Shown: positions 48,366-59,978, numbered from the stretch's first letter. The stretch is DNA of 64,000 bases from an uncultured Gaiellaceae bacterium (GCA_963745775.1 CAVUYY010000012.1:13920-77919); one strand, 5' to 3'. The notes: generated by a model not told the origin, from the sequence alone. Program-made: numbers and translations.

Positions 48366-50638
48366 TCGAACGGGCAGGCCCGACGGTGCTCGTCGTCGCC
48401 GCCTGCCTCGGGTTGGCGGTCTCGAACGCATACCGGTCTCCCGGATTGGAGCTGGTCGTTCTCCTCCCGGCAGGCGCTGCTCTGCTCGTCGCCGCTGTCG
48501 GGCTCTCGCGTCGGGCGCGCTTGCCGACGTTCGTCCTCGTGCTCGCACTCGTCGGCTGGTGGTGGGGAAGCGCTCGACTCGAAGCTCTCGACCGGAGCGT
48601 TCTCGCCTCCCACGTCGGCCGCTCGAGCGAGGCCGAAGTCGTGATCACCGGACCGGCCAGGAGAACGCGATTCACGCTGCGGATGCCGGCTGATGCACGT
48701 CGCTTCGCATCGGAGCGGGTGGGGGAGCCCGTCCTCCTCGAGCTGCCGCTCGGTCGATCCCCGCCCCAGGGCTCGATCCTCGCCTTGCAAACGACGGTCG
48801 TCGCGCCGCGCTCGTCCGAGAGCGGCTTCGACGAGCGGGGCTGGCTTGCGCGGCGCGGCGTCCACGTGATTCTCCGCGGCCGGGACTGGCGCGTGGTCGG
48901 ACACCGCGGCGGGATCGGTGGGCTCTCCGACCGGCTGCGTGGACACGTGGCCCGCTCGATCGCGCCTGGACTCGAGGGCGAGCGTCGCGCCGTGCTGGCC
49001 GGGATCGTGCTCGGCGAGGACGAGGGTCTCTCCGAGGAGCTCCAGGCCAGCTTCAAGGCGGCCGGCCTCTATCACCTGCTCGCCGTGTCCGGGCAGAACG
49101 TCGCCTTCCTGGCCGGCGCCGTGCTCGTGCTCGCCTATCTCCTCGGGATCTCGCGCCTGCCCGCCGAAGGGGTGGCGATCGGCGCGATCGTCGCGTACGT
49201 GCTCGCGGTCGGCTGGCAGCCGTCGGTGGTTCGCGCCGGGGTCGCCGGCGTGCTCGCCTCGCTCGCCTGGCTGGCCTCGCGCCCACGCGATCGCTGGCAC
49301 TTCATGGCGCTGGGCGCCGCCGTTCTCCTCGCGTGGACGCCGGCGACGCTCTTCGAGCCGGGTTTCCAGCTCTCGTTCGCAGCCGTGGCGGCGATCTTCC
49401 TCCTCGTCCCGCGTCTGAGCAACGTCCTCGAGGGCTATCCCATCCCCGGCTGGCTCCGAGACGCACTGGCGATCTCGATCGCCTGCGGTGTGGCGACGGC
49501 GCCGATCCTCTGGCTCCAGTTCGGCTCCATCCAGGTCTATGCGCTCCTCGCGAACGCACTGGTAACCCTCGCGATCGGGCCGTTGCTCGGGATCGCTCTC
49601 CTCGGCACGCTGCTCGAGCCGATCCTCCCGTCCGCCACGGTCGCACTCGCCTGGCTCAACGGCTGGCTGGCCGCGTACATCGCGGCGTGCGCGCGGATCG
49701 TGGGCGGCCTGCCGCTCGCGGAGACGTCGTCGGGGCTCGCGGTCGCAGCGTTGCTCCTCGGCCCAGTCGCAACTCTCTTGCTGCGGCGCTTGCCGCCGTG
49801 GCGCCGGCCGCTTGCGCTTGCTTGCGTCGCCGCCGCGCTCCCGGCGCTCCTCCTCTGGCTGCTCTGGCCCTCACGTCCGCCCGCACCGCCGGAGGGCCTG
49901 AGGATCACCGTCCTCGACGTCGGCCAGGGAGACTCGATCCTCGTCCAGGTGCCGGAGGGCTCGATCCTCGTCGACCAAGGGCCGCCGGAGGCACGCGTCG
50001 ACCGGCAGCTACGGGAGCTCGGGGTCCGGCGGCTCTCGGCCCTCGTGCTCACAGACGGCCAGCGCGACCACACGGGTGGCGCCGAGCAGGTTCTGCGAAG
50101 GGTCGCGGTCGAGCGGGTGCTCGATCCTCGAATCGCGAGCATCAGCCCACACAGGAATCGAGCACTGGCCGTCGCCGCGGATCGTGGCGTTCCCGTGATC
50201 GAGATCCGGGCCGGGTCGTCGTGGCGGCTCGGGGAGCTTCAGCTCCGCGTGCTCTGGCCCGACGGACCCGGCTTACCGAGCGACGACCCCAACCGGCGCA
50301 CAGTCGTCCTCCTCGCCCGGTACGGCACCGTCGACGCCCTCCTGAGCGCCGACGCGGAAACGGACATCACTGCGCGGCTCCTGAGCCAGCGCGTCGAGAT
50401 CCTCAAGGTCGCCCATCACGGCTCCGAGGATCCGGGCCTCGAGGCGGAGCTGAAGGAGCTGCAGCCGGCGGTCGCCGTCATCTCGTGCGGCCGCGACAAC
50501 CGCTACGGCCATCCGCGGGCGGAGACACTCGCCGCGCTCGCCACCGTTCCGGGGCTTCTTCTCCAACGCACCGACAGCAATGGACGCGTGGTCGTCGAGT
50601 CCGACGGCGCGCGCGTCTGGGTCCGGTCCGACCGTTAA
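48362..50638 (+). CDS. comEC: ComEC/Rec2 DNA internalisation channel with C-terminal metallo-beta-lactamase domain
   Basis: The GTG overlaps the comEA stop (GTGA). Multi-TM competence domain (FKAAGLYHLLAVSGQNV), then MBL motifs VLDVGQGDSILV and VAHHGS. Confidence 0.88.
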   Translation: MIERAGPTVLVVAACLGLAVSNAYRSPGLELVVLLPAGAALLVAAVGLSRRARLPTFVLVLALVGWWWGSARLEALDRSVLASHVGRSSEAEVVITGPARRTRFTLRMPADARRFASERVGEPVLLELPLGRSPPQGSILALQTTVVAPRSSESGFDERGWLARRGVHVILRGRDWRVVGHRGGIGGLSDRLRGHVARSIAPGLEGERRAVLAGIVLGEDEGLSEELQASFKAAGLYHLLAVSGQNVAFLAGAVLVLAYLLGISRLPAEGVAIGAIVAYVLAVGWQPSVVRAGVAGVLASLAWLASRPRDRWHFMALGAAVLLAWTPATLFEPGFQLSFAAVAAIFLLVPRLSNVLEGYPIPGWLRDALAISIACGVATAPILWLQFGSIQVYALLANALVTLAIGPLLGIALLGTLLEPILPSATVALAWLNGWLAAYIAACARIVGGLPLAETSSGLAVAALLLGPVATLLLRRLPPWRRPLALACVAAALPALLLWLLWPSRPPAPPEGLRITVLDVGQGDSILVQVPEGSILVDQGPPEARVDRQLRELGVRRLSALVLTDGQRDHTGGAEQVLRRVAVERVLDPRIASISPHRNRALAVAADRGVPVIEIRAGSSWRLGELQLRVLWPDGPGLPSDDPNRRTVVLLARYGTVDALLSADAETDITARLLSQRVEILKVAHHGSEDPGLEAELKELQPAVAVISCGRDNRYGHPRAETLAALATVPGLLLQRTDSNGRVVVESDGARVWVRSDR

Positions 50639-50647
50639 CCTGGCTCG

Positions 50648-51652
50648 ATGGCCGACACCACCGAGCTCGAGCCCGTCTATCTGCTCACCGGCAGCGACCG
50701 GCCGAAGATCGAGGTTGCGCTCCAGCGGCTCCGGCGCCATTTCGTCCCGGAGGCGGTGGAGCTGACGACCGCCCAGGAGCTCCCGGGAGCAGAGGTCGTG
50801 GCGCTCTGCAACGTCGGCAGCCTCTTCGGCGATGCTCGCCTCGTCGTCGTCGAGCACATCGATGGCGTCCGGGGCAACGAGGGTCGGTTGACGAGAGGCT
50901 GGAAGGTCGCGGACGTCAAGGCGGTGGAGAGCTATCTCGCGGCGCCGGCGCCGGCGACCACGCTCGCGCTGGTTGCAGAGGAGTTGAAGAAGGACGCCCC
51001 GCTCTACAAGGCGTGCACCAAGGCCGGCTCGGTGCTCGACTTCTCGGTCGCGAAGAAGAGCCTCACGCCTTGGATCTCCCAGCAGTTCGCGGCTCGCGGC
51101 GCACGCGCCGAGCCCGAGGCCTGCGCCGCCCTCCTCCAGCTCGTCGGCGACGACCTGCGCCAGCTCGCGAGCGAGATCGACAAGCTCGCGACGTGGGCGG
51201 CGGGGGAGCCGATCGGAGAGGGCGAGGTGGAGGCACTCGCGACCCCCGTGGCCGAGACGTCCGATTACAAGCTCGCCGACGTCTGGAGTCAGCATGACGC
51301 TGCTGCGCTCCTTCGGCTCAGTGAGGCGATCTTCGACCGCGACTCAAAGGCGAGCCGGGACGTCAGCGCTCGCCTCTCGGCCCGCTTCAGCGGCCAGGTG
51401 CTGGCGGTCGCGCGCGCGAAGCGGCTGAAAGACGCCGGGGTCACCGTCTCTGCGGCGCAGAAGCCGCTCGGCCTCAGGTTCGACTGGCAGGTTCGCCGGG
51501 CCTACGCGCAGGCGGATGCGTTCTCGCAATCGGAGCTCGACCGGGCGATCGTGCGCGTCTCCGAGCTCGACCTGGCACTCAAGGGCAAGAGCCGGCTCGC
51601 ACCGGAGCTCGAGCTCCAACGAGCCTTCGTCGATCTCGGCCGGCCCGGCTAA
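50648..51652 (+). CDS. holA: DNA polymerase III delta subunit
   Basis: 334 aa in the conserved position after comEC. The N-terminal PVYLLTGSD pattern is typical of HolA. Confidence 0.85.
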   Translation: MADTTELEPVYLLTGSDRPKIEVALQRLRRHFVPEAVELTTAQELPGAEVVALCNVGSLFGDARLVVVEHIDGVRGNEGRLTRGWKVADVKAVESYLAAPAPATTLALVAEELKKDAPLYKACTKAGSVLDFSVAKKSLTPWISQQFAARGARAEPEACAALLQLVGDDLRQLASEIDKLATWAAGEPIGEGEVEALATPVAETSDYKLADVWSQHDAAALLRLSEAIFDRDSKASRDVSARLSARFSGQVLAVARAKRLKDAGVTVSAAQKPLGLRFDWQVRRAYAQADAFSQSELDRAIVRVSELDLALKGKSRLAPELELQRAFVDLGRPG

Positions 51653-51666
51653 GAGAGGCTGTCGGG

Positions 51667-51927
51667 CTAGGAGGGGCGGGCGAGGCGTGCAGCCCGCGCC
51701 TTCTTGCGCGCGGCGGTGTTCTTGTGCAGCGCGCCCTGTGAGGCGGCCTTGTCGATCGTCCGCACGAGCAGAAGGTGCTCGGCGGCGATGGTCTCCTGGT
51801 CGCCGTCTGCGGCCGCGGCCTCGAGCCGCCTCGTCAGCGTCTTCACCGTCGAGCGGTAGCGGAGGTTCTCCTCGCGCTCGCGCTCGGCAATCCGGACCCG
51901 CTTGATCTGTTGCTGGATGTTCGGCAT
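51667..51927 (-). CDS. rpsT: 30S ribosomal protein S20
   Basis: MPNIQQQIKRVRIAEREREENLRYRS...KNTAARKKARAA; 86 aa. Confidence 0.92.
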   Translation of the reverse strand: MPNIQQQIKRVRIAEREREENLRYRSTVKTLTRRLEAAAADGDQETIAAEHLLLVRTIDKAASQGALHKNTAARKKARAARLARPS

Positions 51928-52023
51928 CTCAGAGAAAGGCCCGCGCTCGGCGGGCGCCGCTGATCGTAGCAGAGGCCAGTTCGCGCAGAAGCTGCGCGCC
52001 TACCCCATTCCTATACTCGCCAC

Positions 52024-53595
52024 GTGGACGAGCGAGCCAACGCGCGCAGGCTCGCCGTCTCGACCGCGATCTTCTCCGGCGCAACCGGTCTTTCCCGCCT
52101 CCTCGGCCTCGTCCGCGAGATCGTCGTCGCGAACTATTTCGGTGCACGTGGCTCGATCAACGCGTTCACCATCGCCTTCCAGATCCCGAACCTGATTCGC
52201 GCGCTCGTCGCCGACGCCGCGCTTTCCTCGGCCTTCGTACCGGTGTTCAGCGAGCTGCTCGAGAAGGGGGAGAAGGCGCGTGCCTGGCGCGTCGCCTCGA
52301 CGATCTTCTGGCTGTTCCTGCTCGTCGGCACTGGGCTGACCGCGCTCTTCATCCTCGCGGCGCCGGTGCTCATACCGCCCCTCACCGACGCGTACGACGA
52401 CCTCGCAGTGACGCTCTCGCAGATCCTCTTCCCGATCGTCGTCCTGCTCGGCCTCTTCGGGATCGTGACCGGGATCCTGAACAGCTACGAGCAGTTCACC
52501 ATCCCGGCGCTGACGCCCGTCTTCTGGAACCTGGCGATCATCGCCGGGCTCGTGATCGGCGTGCCGCGCGCCGACACGGACAGCGGCAAGCTCTACGTCT
52601 ACGCGGGTTCGATCGTCGTCGGCACCGTGATCCAGCTCCTCCTCCCGCTTCCCTGGCTCCGCGGCCTCGACGGCCGCCTGCGGCTCGCGCTGGACGTTCG
52701 CGACCCGGCCGTGAGGCAGGTGTTCAAGCTGATGATCCCCGTCATGCTCGGGCTCGGCCTGATCAACGTCAACGCGGTGATCGGCACCGTCTTCGCGTCG
52801 AAGCTGATCGACCCGACGATCGCCCCGAACGCGATCGACAAGGCCTTCCGCGTCTACATGCTCCCGCAGGGGATGTTCTCGGTCGCGGTCGCGACGGTGC
52901 TCTTCCCCTCCCTCGCGCGGGCGGCGACGCGAGGCGACATGGCGGGCTTTCGCGACACCGTCTCCCGCGGGCTGCGCCAGATCAACTTCCTGCTCCTGCC
53001 GGCGAGCGTGCTCTCGGCCGCCCTCGCGCTGCCGATCGTGCGTCTCCTCTACGAGCGGGGCGCCTTCGATCCCGAGGAGACGCGCGTGGTCGCCGGAGCG
53101 CTCGCCGCCTTTTCGCTCGGTCTCGCCTTCAACGGGATGATGCTGATGCTGAACCGCGGGTTCTTCAGCCTCCAGGCGCCGTGGGTGCCCACGCTCGTCG
53201 CCCTCGCGAACCTCGTCCTGAACACGGCCCTCTACGTCGTCTTGTATCGGGTCGGCACCTGGGGGATTCCGCTTGCGATCTCGCTGGCGAACATCGCCGC
53301 CGTGCTGCTCCTCCTCGTGCTGTTGCGCCGCCGGATCGGGCCGATCGACCTCTCGGCCACGATCCGCACCTTCGTGCTCGCGACGATCGCGTCGGTCGTG
53401 CTCGGCCTCGTCGCCTTCGGGATCTGGTGGGCGCTCGACGAGCTCCTCGGCCGCTCGTTCCTCGGTCAGCTCGGCTCGCTCGGAACGGCGCTCGTCGTCG
53501 GCGGCGCCGTCTATCTGCTCGTCGCTCGGGCGCTCGGGATTCGCGAGATGCAGGCGCTAGACTCGCTCAGAGGCCGCTTCCGCAAGGCCCGATGA
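52024..53595 (+). CDS. murJ: Lipid II flippase MurJ (MviN)
   Basis: 523 aa with about 14 TM segments. GLSRLLGLVREIVVANYFGA...NAFTIAFQIPNLIRAL is the MurJ N-terminal signature. GTG start. Confidence 0.88.
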   Translation: MDERANARRLAVSTAIFSGATGLSRLLGLVREIVVANYFGARGSINAFTIAFQIPNLIRALVADAALSSAFVPVFSELLEKGEKARAWRVASTIFWLFLLVGTGLTALFILAAPVLIPPLTDAYDDLAVTLSQILFPIVVLLGLFGIVTGILNSYEQFTIPALTPVFWNLAIIAGLVIGVPRADTDSGKLYVYAGSIVVGTVIQLLLPLPWLRGLDGRLRLALDVRDPAVRQVFKLMIPVMLGLGLINVNAVIGTVFASKLIDPTIAPNAIDKAFRVYMLPQGMFSVAVATVLFPSLARAATRGDMAGFRDTVSRGLRQINFLLLPASVLSAALALPIVRLLYERGAFDPEETRVVAGALAAFSLGLAFNGMMLMLNRGFFSLQAPWVPTLVALANLVLNTALYVVLYRVGTWGIPLAISLANIAAVLLLLVLLRRRIGPIDLSATIRTFVLATIASVVLGLVAFGIWWALDELLGRSFLGQLGSLGTALVVGGAVYLLVARALGIREMQALDSLRGRFRKAR

Positions 53596-53598
53596 GCC

Positions 53599-55386
<1,788 letters not shown>

Positions 55387-55407
55387 ACCGCGGGGCCGTG
55401 GGCGGAA

Positions 55408-55445
55408 GTCACGAAATCGGCACGAATGCGTCACACCCCCGTGAC
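55408..55445 (+). promoter_or_regulatory. 11-bp-phased pentamer array B
   Basis: GTCAC-gaaatc-GGCAC-gaatgc-GTCAC-accccc-GTGAC, with units starting at 55408, 55419, 55430 and 55441. It lies between lepA and hemW. Confidence 0.35.
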
Positions 55446-55489
55446 GGTTCTCCGCATACCGTTCCAGAAGGGGGCCTCCGCGCCCCCCA

Positions 55490-56682
55490 GTGGGGGGCTG
55501 GTCCCGGGCGGCTGGTCCCGGGGCGACGGTCGAGCAGCGGGACGGTGAAGTCCGACCCAGCGCCGCGGCTCAGCACCTCTACGTGCACCTGCCTTTCTGC
55601 GCCCACCGTTGCGGTTACTGCGACTTCGTCACGGCGGTAGGCAAGCAGGACGAGCACGCTCCGTACGTCGAGGCGCTTCTCGTGGAGCTCGCACTCGAGC
55701 GCGATCTGCTCGCGGACGATCTGCAGACGATCTTCCTCGGCGGCGGCACGCCGACCTTCACCGAGCCCGCCGCGCTCGCGCACCTCCTCGCCGCGCTTCC
55801 CACCGCCGGAGAGGTGACCGTCGAGGCAAACCCCGAGACCGTCACGCCGGAGCTCGCAGCGCTCCTCCGCGAGCACGGCGTCAACCGCGTCTCGCTCGGG
55901 GCGCAGAGCTTCCAGCCGCACCTGCTCGAGGTGCTCGAGCGCCGCGCGAGCCCCGCGGAGGTGCGCGCCGCCGTCCCGACGCTCCGCGAAGCCGGCTTCG
56001 ACAACCTCTCGCTCGACCTGATCTACGGGATTCCCGGCCAGACGAACGACGACCTGGCGCGTGACCTCGAGGCCGCGCTCGCGCTCGAGCCCGAGCACCT
56101 GTCCTGCTACGAGCTCGAGGCGAAGCCCGGAACGCGCTTCACCCACGCCCATGGCGCCGAGCTGGAGCGGCAGGCCGAGGCGCTGGAGGGCTATTTCGAA
56201 GCGGTCGTCGAGATCCTCACCGCGCCGGCTACCGCTGGTACGAGACGGCGAACTTCTGCCGCCGCGACCCGGATCGCGACCTCCGCGCCCACCACAACCT
56301 CGGCTACTGGCTCGGCAGCGACTACCTCGGCGTCGGAGTCGGCGCCGTCTCGACGGTTGGCGGAGTCCGCTGGCGCAACGCTCCCAGCATCGGCCGCTAT
56401 GTGTCGGCGCTCGCGGGTGGCGAGCGCGCCGCCCCGCGAGCTCGAGCCGCTCGGCGCTGACATTCAAGCTCGGGAGCGCGTTCTCCTGGGGCTCCGCCTC
56501 GACGAGCCTCTCGCGACAGCCGGGCTCCGCGACGCTCTCGACGCAGACGCGATCGAGCGGCTCGCACGGCCTCGGCCTCGCGCGGCTGCTCGACGACGGC
56601 GCGGCCATCGAGCTGACCGCCGCGCGGCCGCTTCCTCGGCGGTGGAGTCACGGCGGAGCTGCTCGCCGACTCGCCCAGCTAA
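55490..56682 (+). pseudogene. hemW: Radical-SAM heme chaperone HemW (HemN-like), four frame changes
   Basis: LYVHLPFCAHRCGYCDF...GGGTPTF...EANPETV...SLDLIYGIPGQT is in the frame of ORF 55490. Next comes GYRWYETANFCRRDPDRDLRAHHNLGYWLGSDYLGVGVGAVS in the third frame. Then the reading returns to the first frame (PRELEPLGADIQARERVLLGLRLDEP...AIERLA). It then moves to the frame of ORF 56061 (GLGLARLLDDGAAIELTAA), and finally to the third frame (RGRFLGGGVTAELLADSPS*). The N-terminal start is uncertain. Confidence 0.7.
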
Positions 56683-56693
56683 AATCCCTGCAA

Positions 56694-57720
56694 ATGGCCG
56701 AGCTGACCGAACGGAAGCGCGAGATTCTCCGCCGCGTCGTCGCCGAGTACATCGCGACCGGCGAGCCCGTCGGCTCGAAGTCGCTCGTCGCGAGCTCGGG
56801 GTTGCCCTTCTCCGCCTCGACCGTCCGGAACGAGCTGGCCGAGCTCGAGTCGCTGGGGCTCCTGACGCATCCGCACACGTCGGCGGGGCGGATCCCGACC
56901 GAATCCGGTTACCGGTTCTACGCGACGGAGGTACTCGAGGCCGTGGAACCGCGGCCCGCGCGTTTTCCGCTCGACCTGACCACGATGCGCAGCGAGATCG
57001 AGGCCGCACTGCAGTCGACGACGGAGATGCTCTCGCAGGTCACCCGCCTGCTCGCGCTCGTCTCGGCGCCGGGCCTCCAGACGGCGACGGTCCGCCACGT
57101 CGAGGTGCTCGTGCTCCAGCCGCGCGTGGTGATGGTCGTGACGATCACCTCGACGGGCGGCGTCGCCAAGCGCCTCTTCGAGTTCGAGCAGCCCGTCGAC
57201 CCCGGCCTTGCCGCCTGGGCGAACGAGTACCTGAACGAGCGCGTCGCGGGCGTCCAGCTCGGCACCCATCTGCTCCGGCGGCGGATCGAGGACTCGAGCC
57301 TCTCAGCCTCGCGAGCAAGGGTTCCTCGACGCGCTGCGGCCCGCGTTCATCGATCTGGCGGCACCGACAGCCCAGCTCTTCTACGTCGGCGGCGCCGCTT
57401 CGCTCCTCGACGACGTGCGCACCGACGAGCTCGAAGCCTGCCGGCAGCTCCTCTCCGTCCTCGAGCAGCGAGCCGCCGTGCTCGAGCTGATGAGCGACTC
57501 CTTCGACGCGCGCCGCCCCTTCGTCCGAGTCGGCCTCGACCATCCAGGCCTTCAGAGCGTGTCCCTCGTCGGCGCCACCTACGGGCTGCCAACGCGCACG
57601 CTCGGCACCGTCAGCCTGCTCGGGCCAGTGCGGATGGACTACGCGAAGGCCGTGCGCACCGTTCGCGCCGCCGCGCTCGAGCTCTCGCGGCTCGTCGAGG
57701 TCGCGTACGAGGAGAGCTGA
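56694..57720 (+). pseudogene. hrcA: Heat-inducible transcription repressor HrcA, one frame change
   Basis: MAELTERKREILRRVVAEYIATGEPVGSKSL...STVRNELAELESLGLLTHPHTSAGRIPT is in the frame of ORF 56061..58877. After a switch near 57303-57310 it continues PREQGFLDALRPAFIDL...VRMDYAKAVRTVRAAALELSRL (ORF 57415..57720 frame). The length equals 3n+1. Confidence 0.8.
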
Positions 57721-57758
57721 GCGCAGCCGAGTCCGCCGCACCATCTACCCTGGCAACG

Positions 57759-58877
57759 ATGGCGACGGCGGAACGAGACCTCTACGAGCTGCTCGGCGTC
57801 GAGCGTGGCGCGAGCGACGCGGAGATCAAGAAGGCGTTCCGCAAGCTCGCGCAGAAGCTCCATCCGGACGTCTCGCAGGAGCCCGACGCCCAGGCCCGCT
57901 TCCGCGAGGTCGCCGAGGCCTACGAGGTGCTCTCGAACGCGGAGACGCGCCGGCTCTACGACCAGTACGGCCACGCCGGCCTGAAGCGCGGCGGCTACAC
58001 CCCAGGCAACTTCGACTTCGGCAACCTCGGCGACATCTTCTCGGCCTTCTTCGGCGACGACCTGATGGGTCGCGCCGGCCGCGCGGGCGCCGGTCGAGGC
58101 GGCGATGTCGGGATCGCGGTCGAGCTCGAGCTCGAGGAGGTCTTGACGGGCGTGACGCGGCGGGTCGAGCTCGAGGTGGCTCTGACCTGCGACCGCTGTG
58201 ACGGCGACGGTGCCGAGCCGGGCACGACTCCGATCACGTGCGGCACCTGCGCCGGCGCCGGCCGAGTTCAGCAGGTCTCGCGAAGCGTCCTCGGCGAGTT
58301 CGTACGAGCACGAACCTGCCCTACCTGCGACGGCAGCGGGCGCGTCTCGGAGACGCCGTGCCGCGAATGCGCGGGCGCCGGCCGGACGACGCGCGAGAAG
58401 TCGCTCGAGGTGAAGATCCCCGCCGGAATCCACAGCGGGCAGCAGATCCGGATCCGCGGCGAGGGTCACGCCGGAACGCACGGCGGCCCGGCCGGCGACC
58501 TTTACGTCGAGGCGCGAGTCGCGCGCCACGAGCGGTTCGAGCGGGACGGCGACGACATCCTCGCGAGCATCGACCTGACGGTCGTCCAGGCCGCCCTCGG
58601 CGCGCGGGTGTCGGTGCCGACGCTGGAGGGTGAGGTCGAGCTCGAGTTCGAGCCGGGAACGCAGCCCGGCGAGGTTCGCGTGCTCAAGGGCAAGGGCATG
58701 CCGGCGCTCCAGCGCTACGGACGGGGCGACGTGCGGCTACTGGTCAACGTCGCGGTGCCGCGCCGGCTCACCGCCGAGCAGCGCGCGCTCCTCGAGCAGT
58801 TCGAGCAGCATTCCACCGACGAGACCTACAAGCGCGACGAGGGGTTCTTCGAGAAGCTCAGAAGCGCGCTCCGTTGA
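57759..58877 (+). CDS. dnaJ: Molecular chaperone DnaJ
   Basis: J domain DLYELLGVERGASDAEIKKAFRKLAQKLHPD, a G/F region, and four CxxCxGxG zinc-finger motifs. Confidence 0.92.
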   Translation: MATAERDLYELLGVERGASDAEIKKAFRKLAQKLHPDVSQEPDAQARFREVAEAYEVLSNAETRRLYDQYGHAGLKRGGYTPGNFDFGNLGDIFSAFFGDDLMGRAGRAGAGRGGDVGIAVELELEEVLTGVTRRVELEVALTCDRCDGDGAEPGTTPITCGTCAGAGRVQQVSRSVLGEFVRARTCPTCDGSGRVSETPCRECAGAGRTTREKSLEVKIPAGIHSGQQIRIRGEGHAGTHGGPAGDLYVEARVARHERFERDGDDILASIDLTVVQAALGARVSVPTLEGEVELEFEPGTQPGEVRVLKGKGMPALQRYGRGDVRLLVNVAVPRRLTAEQRALLEQFEQHSTDETYKRDEGFFEKLRSALR

Positions 58878-59635
58878 AGCTGCTCCGGCGGGTTTCCGTC
58901 ACGGTGCCGCCGGCGCGGGCCGAGCAGGCTCGCGCGGTCATGCTCGAGCTGTTTCCGACGGGCTTCGAGGAGGTCGACCACGACGGCAGCCTGGAGCTCG
59001 CCGCGTACACGAACTCCGCCGGCGAGGAGCGGATCTGGCAGGCCTTCGGCGGGGCGGCGGGTTCCGACGTCGACACCGGCTGGGAGGAGCGCTGGCGTCA
59101 ATTTCACAAGCCGTCGCGCGTGGGGGAGCTGTGGATCGGGCCGCCCTGGGAGCGTCCCGACGCGGACGCGCTGCCGGTCGTCATCGACCCGGGTCGCGCC
59201 TTCGGTACCGGCGGGCACGCGACGACGCGGCTCTGCCTCGAGCTCCTCGCCGACGAGCCACGAGGAAGCGTGCTCGACGTTGGTTGCGGCTCCGGGATCC
59301 TCTCGATCGCCGCTGTCAGGCTCGGCTTCGCGCCGGTTTCGGGGATCGATTTCGACCCGCAGGCTGTCGAGGCGACCGAGCGCAACGCGCGCGACAACGG
59401 CGTCGACGTCGTCGCCCGGCTCGCGGATCTGCGCGACGAGGTGTTGCCCGAGGTCGATCTGGCCCTCGCGAACATCGCCGCCGAGGCCGTGCTCGCGCTC
59501 GGGCCGAAGCTCCGTGCGGCCCGAGCGATCACCTCCGGCTACCTCGTCTCGGACGAACCCGACCTCGAGGGTTACCGCCGCGAGCGGCGGATCGGCGTCG
59601 ACGGCTGGGCCGCCGACCTGCACGTGCGTCGGTAA
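58874..59635 (+). CDS. prmA: Ribosomal protein L11 methyltransferase
   Basis: IDPGRAFGTGGHATTRLCLE and VLDVGCGSGILSIAA (SAM motif). The TTG start overlaps the dnaJ stop (TTGA). Confidence 0.88.
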   Translation: MKLLRRVSVTVPPARAEQARAVMLELFPTGFEEVDHDGSLELAAYTNSAGEERIWQAFGGAAGSDVDTGWEERWRQFHKPSRVGELWIGPPWERPDADALPVVIDPGRAFGTGGHATTRLCLELLADEPRGSVLDVGCGSGILSIAAVRLGFAPVSGIDFDPQAVEATERNARDNGVDVVARLADLRDEVLPEVDLALANIAAEAVLALGPKLRAARAITSGYLVSDEPDLEGYRRERRIGVDGWAADLHVRR

Positions 59636-59648
59636 GAATCGCGCTCTG

Positions 59649-59978
59649 ATGACCGCCGATTGCCTCTTCTGCAAGCTCTTCCGCGAGGGCGACCACGTCG
59701 CGACGACCGACGGCTTCGTCGCGATCCGCGACATCAATCCGCAGGCCGACGTCCATCTGCTCGTGCTCCCCGAGCGGCACGTCGACACGTTTCGCGACGT
59801 CGGCGAGTTCACCCCGGACGAGTCGAAGCGAATGCTCGAGTTCGTCGCGGAGGTCGCCCGCGACGCGGGTCTCGAGGACTACCGCGTGCTCGTCAACGTC
59901 GGCCCGGGCGGCGGCCAGACGATCTTCCACCTGCACTGGCACGTCTTGGGTGGGAAGATCAGCGGGATGCCCGAATGA
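59649..59978 (+). CDS. HIT-family (histidine triad) nucleotide hydrolase
   Basis: CLFCKL N-terminus and the HLHWHVLGG histidine triad; 109 aa. Confidence 0.85.
   Translation: MTADCLFCKLFREGDHVATTDGFVAIRDINPQADVHLLVLPERHVDTFRDVGEFTPDESKRMLEFVAEVARDAGLEDYRVLVNVGPGGGQTIFHLHWHVLGGKISGMPE

Noticed and set aside
56640-57760. CIRCE operator (TTAGCACTC-N9-GAGTGCTAA) near hrcA/dnaJ.
   Set aside because: I could not find either half-site in the hemW-hrcA or hrcA-dnaJ junctions, nor elsewhere in the window.
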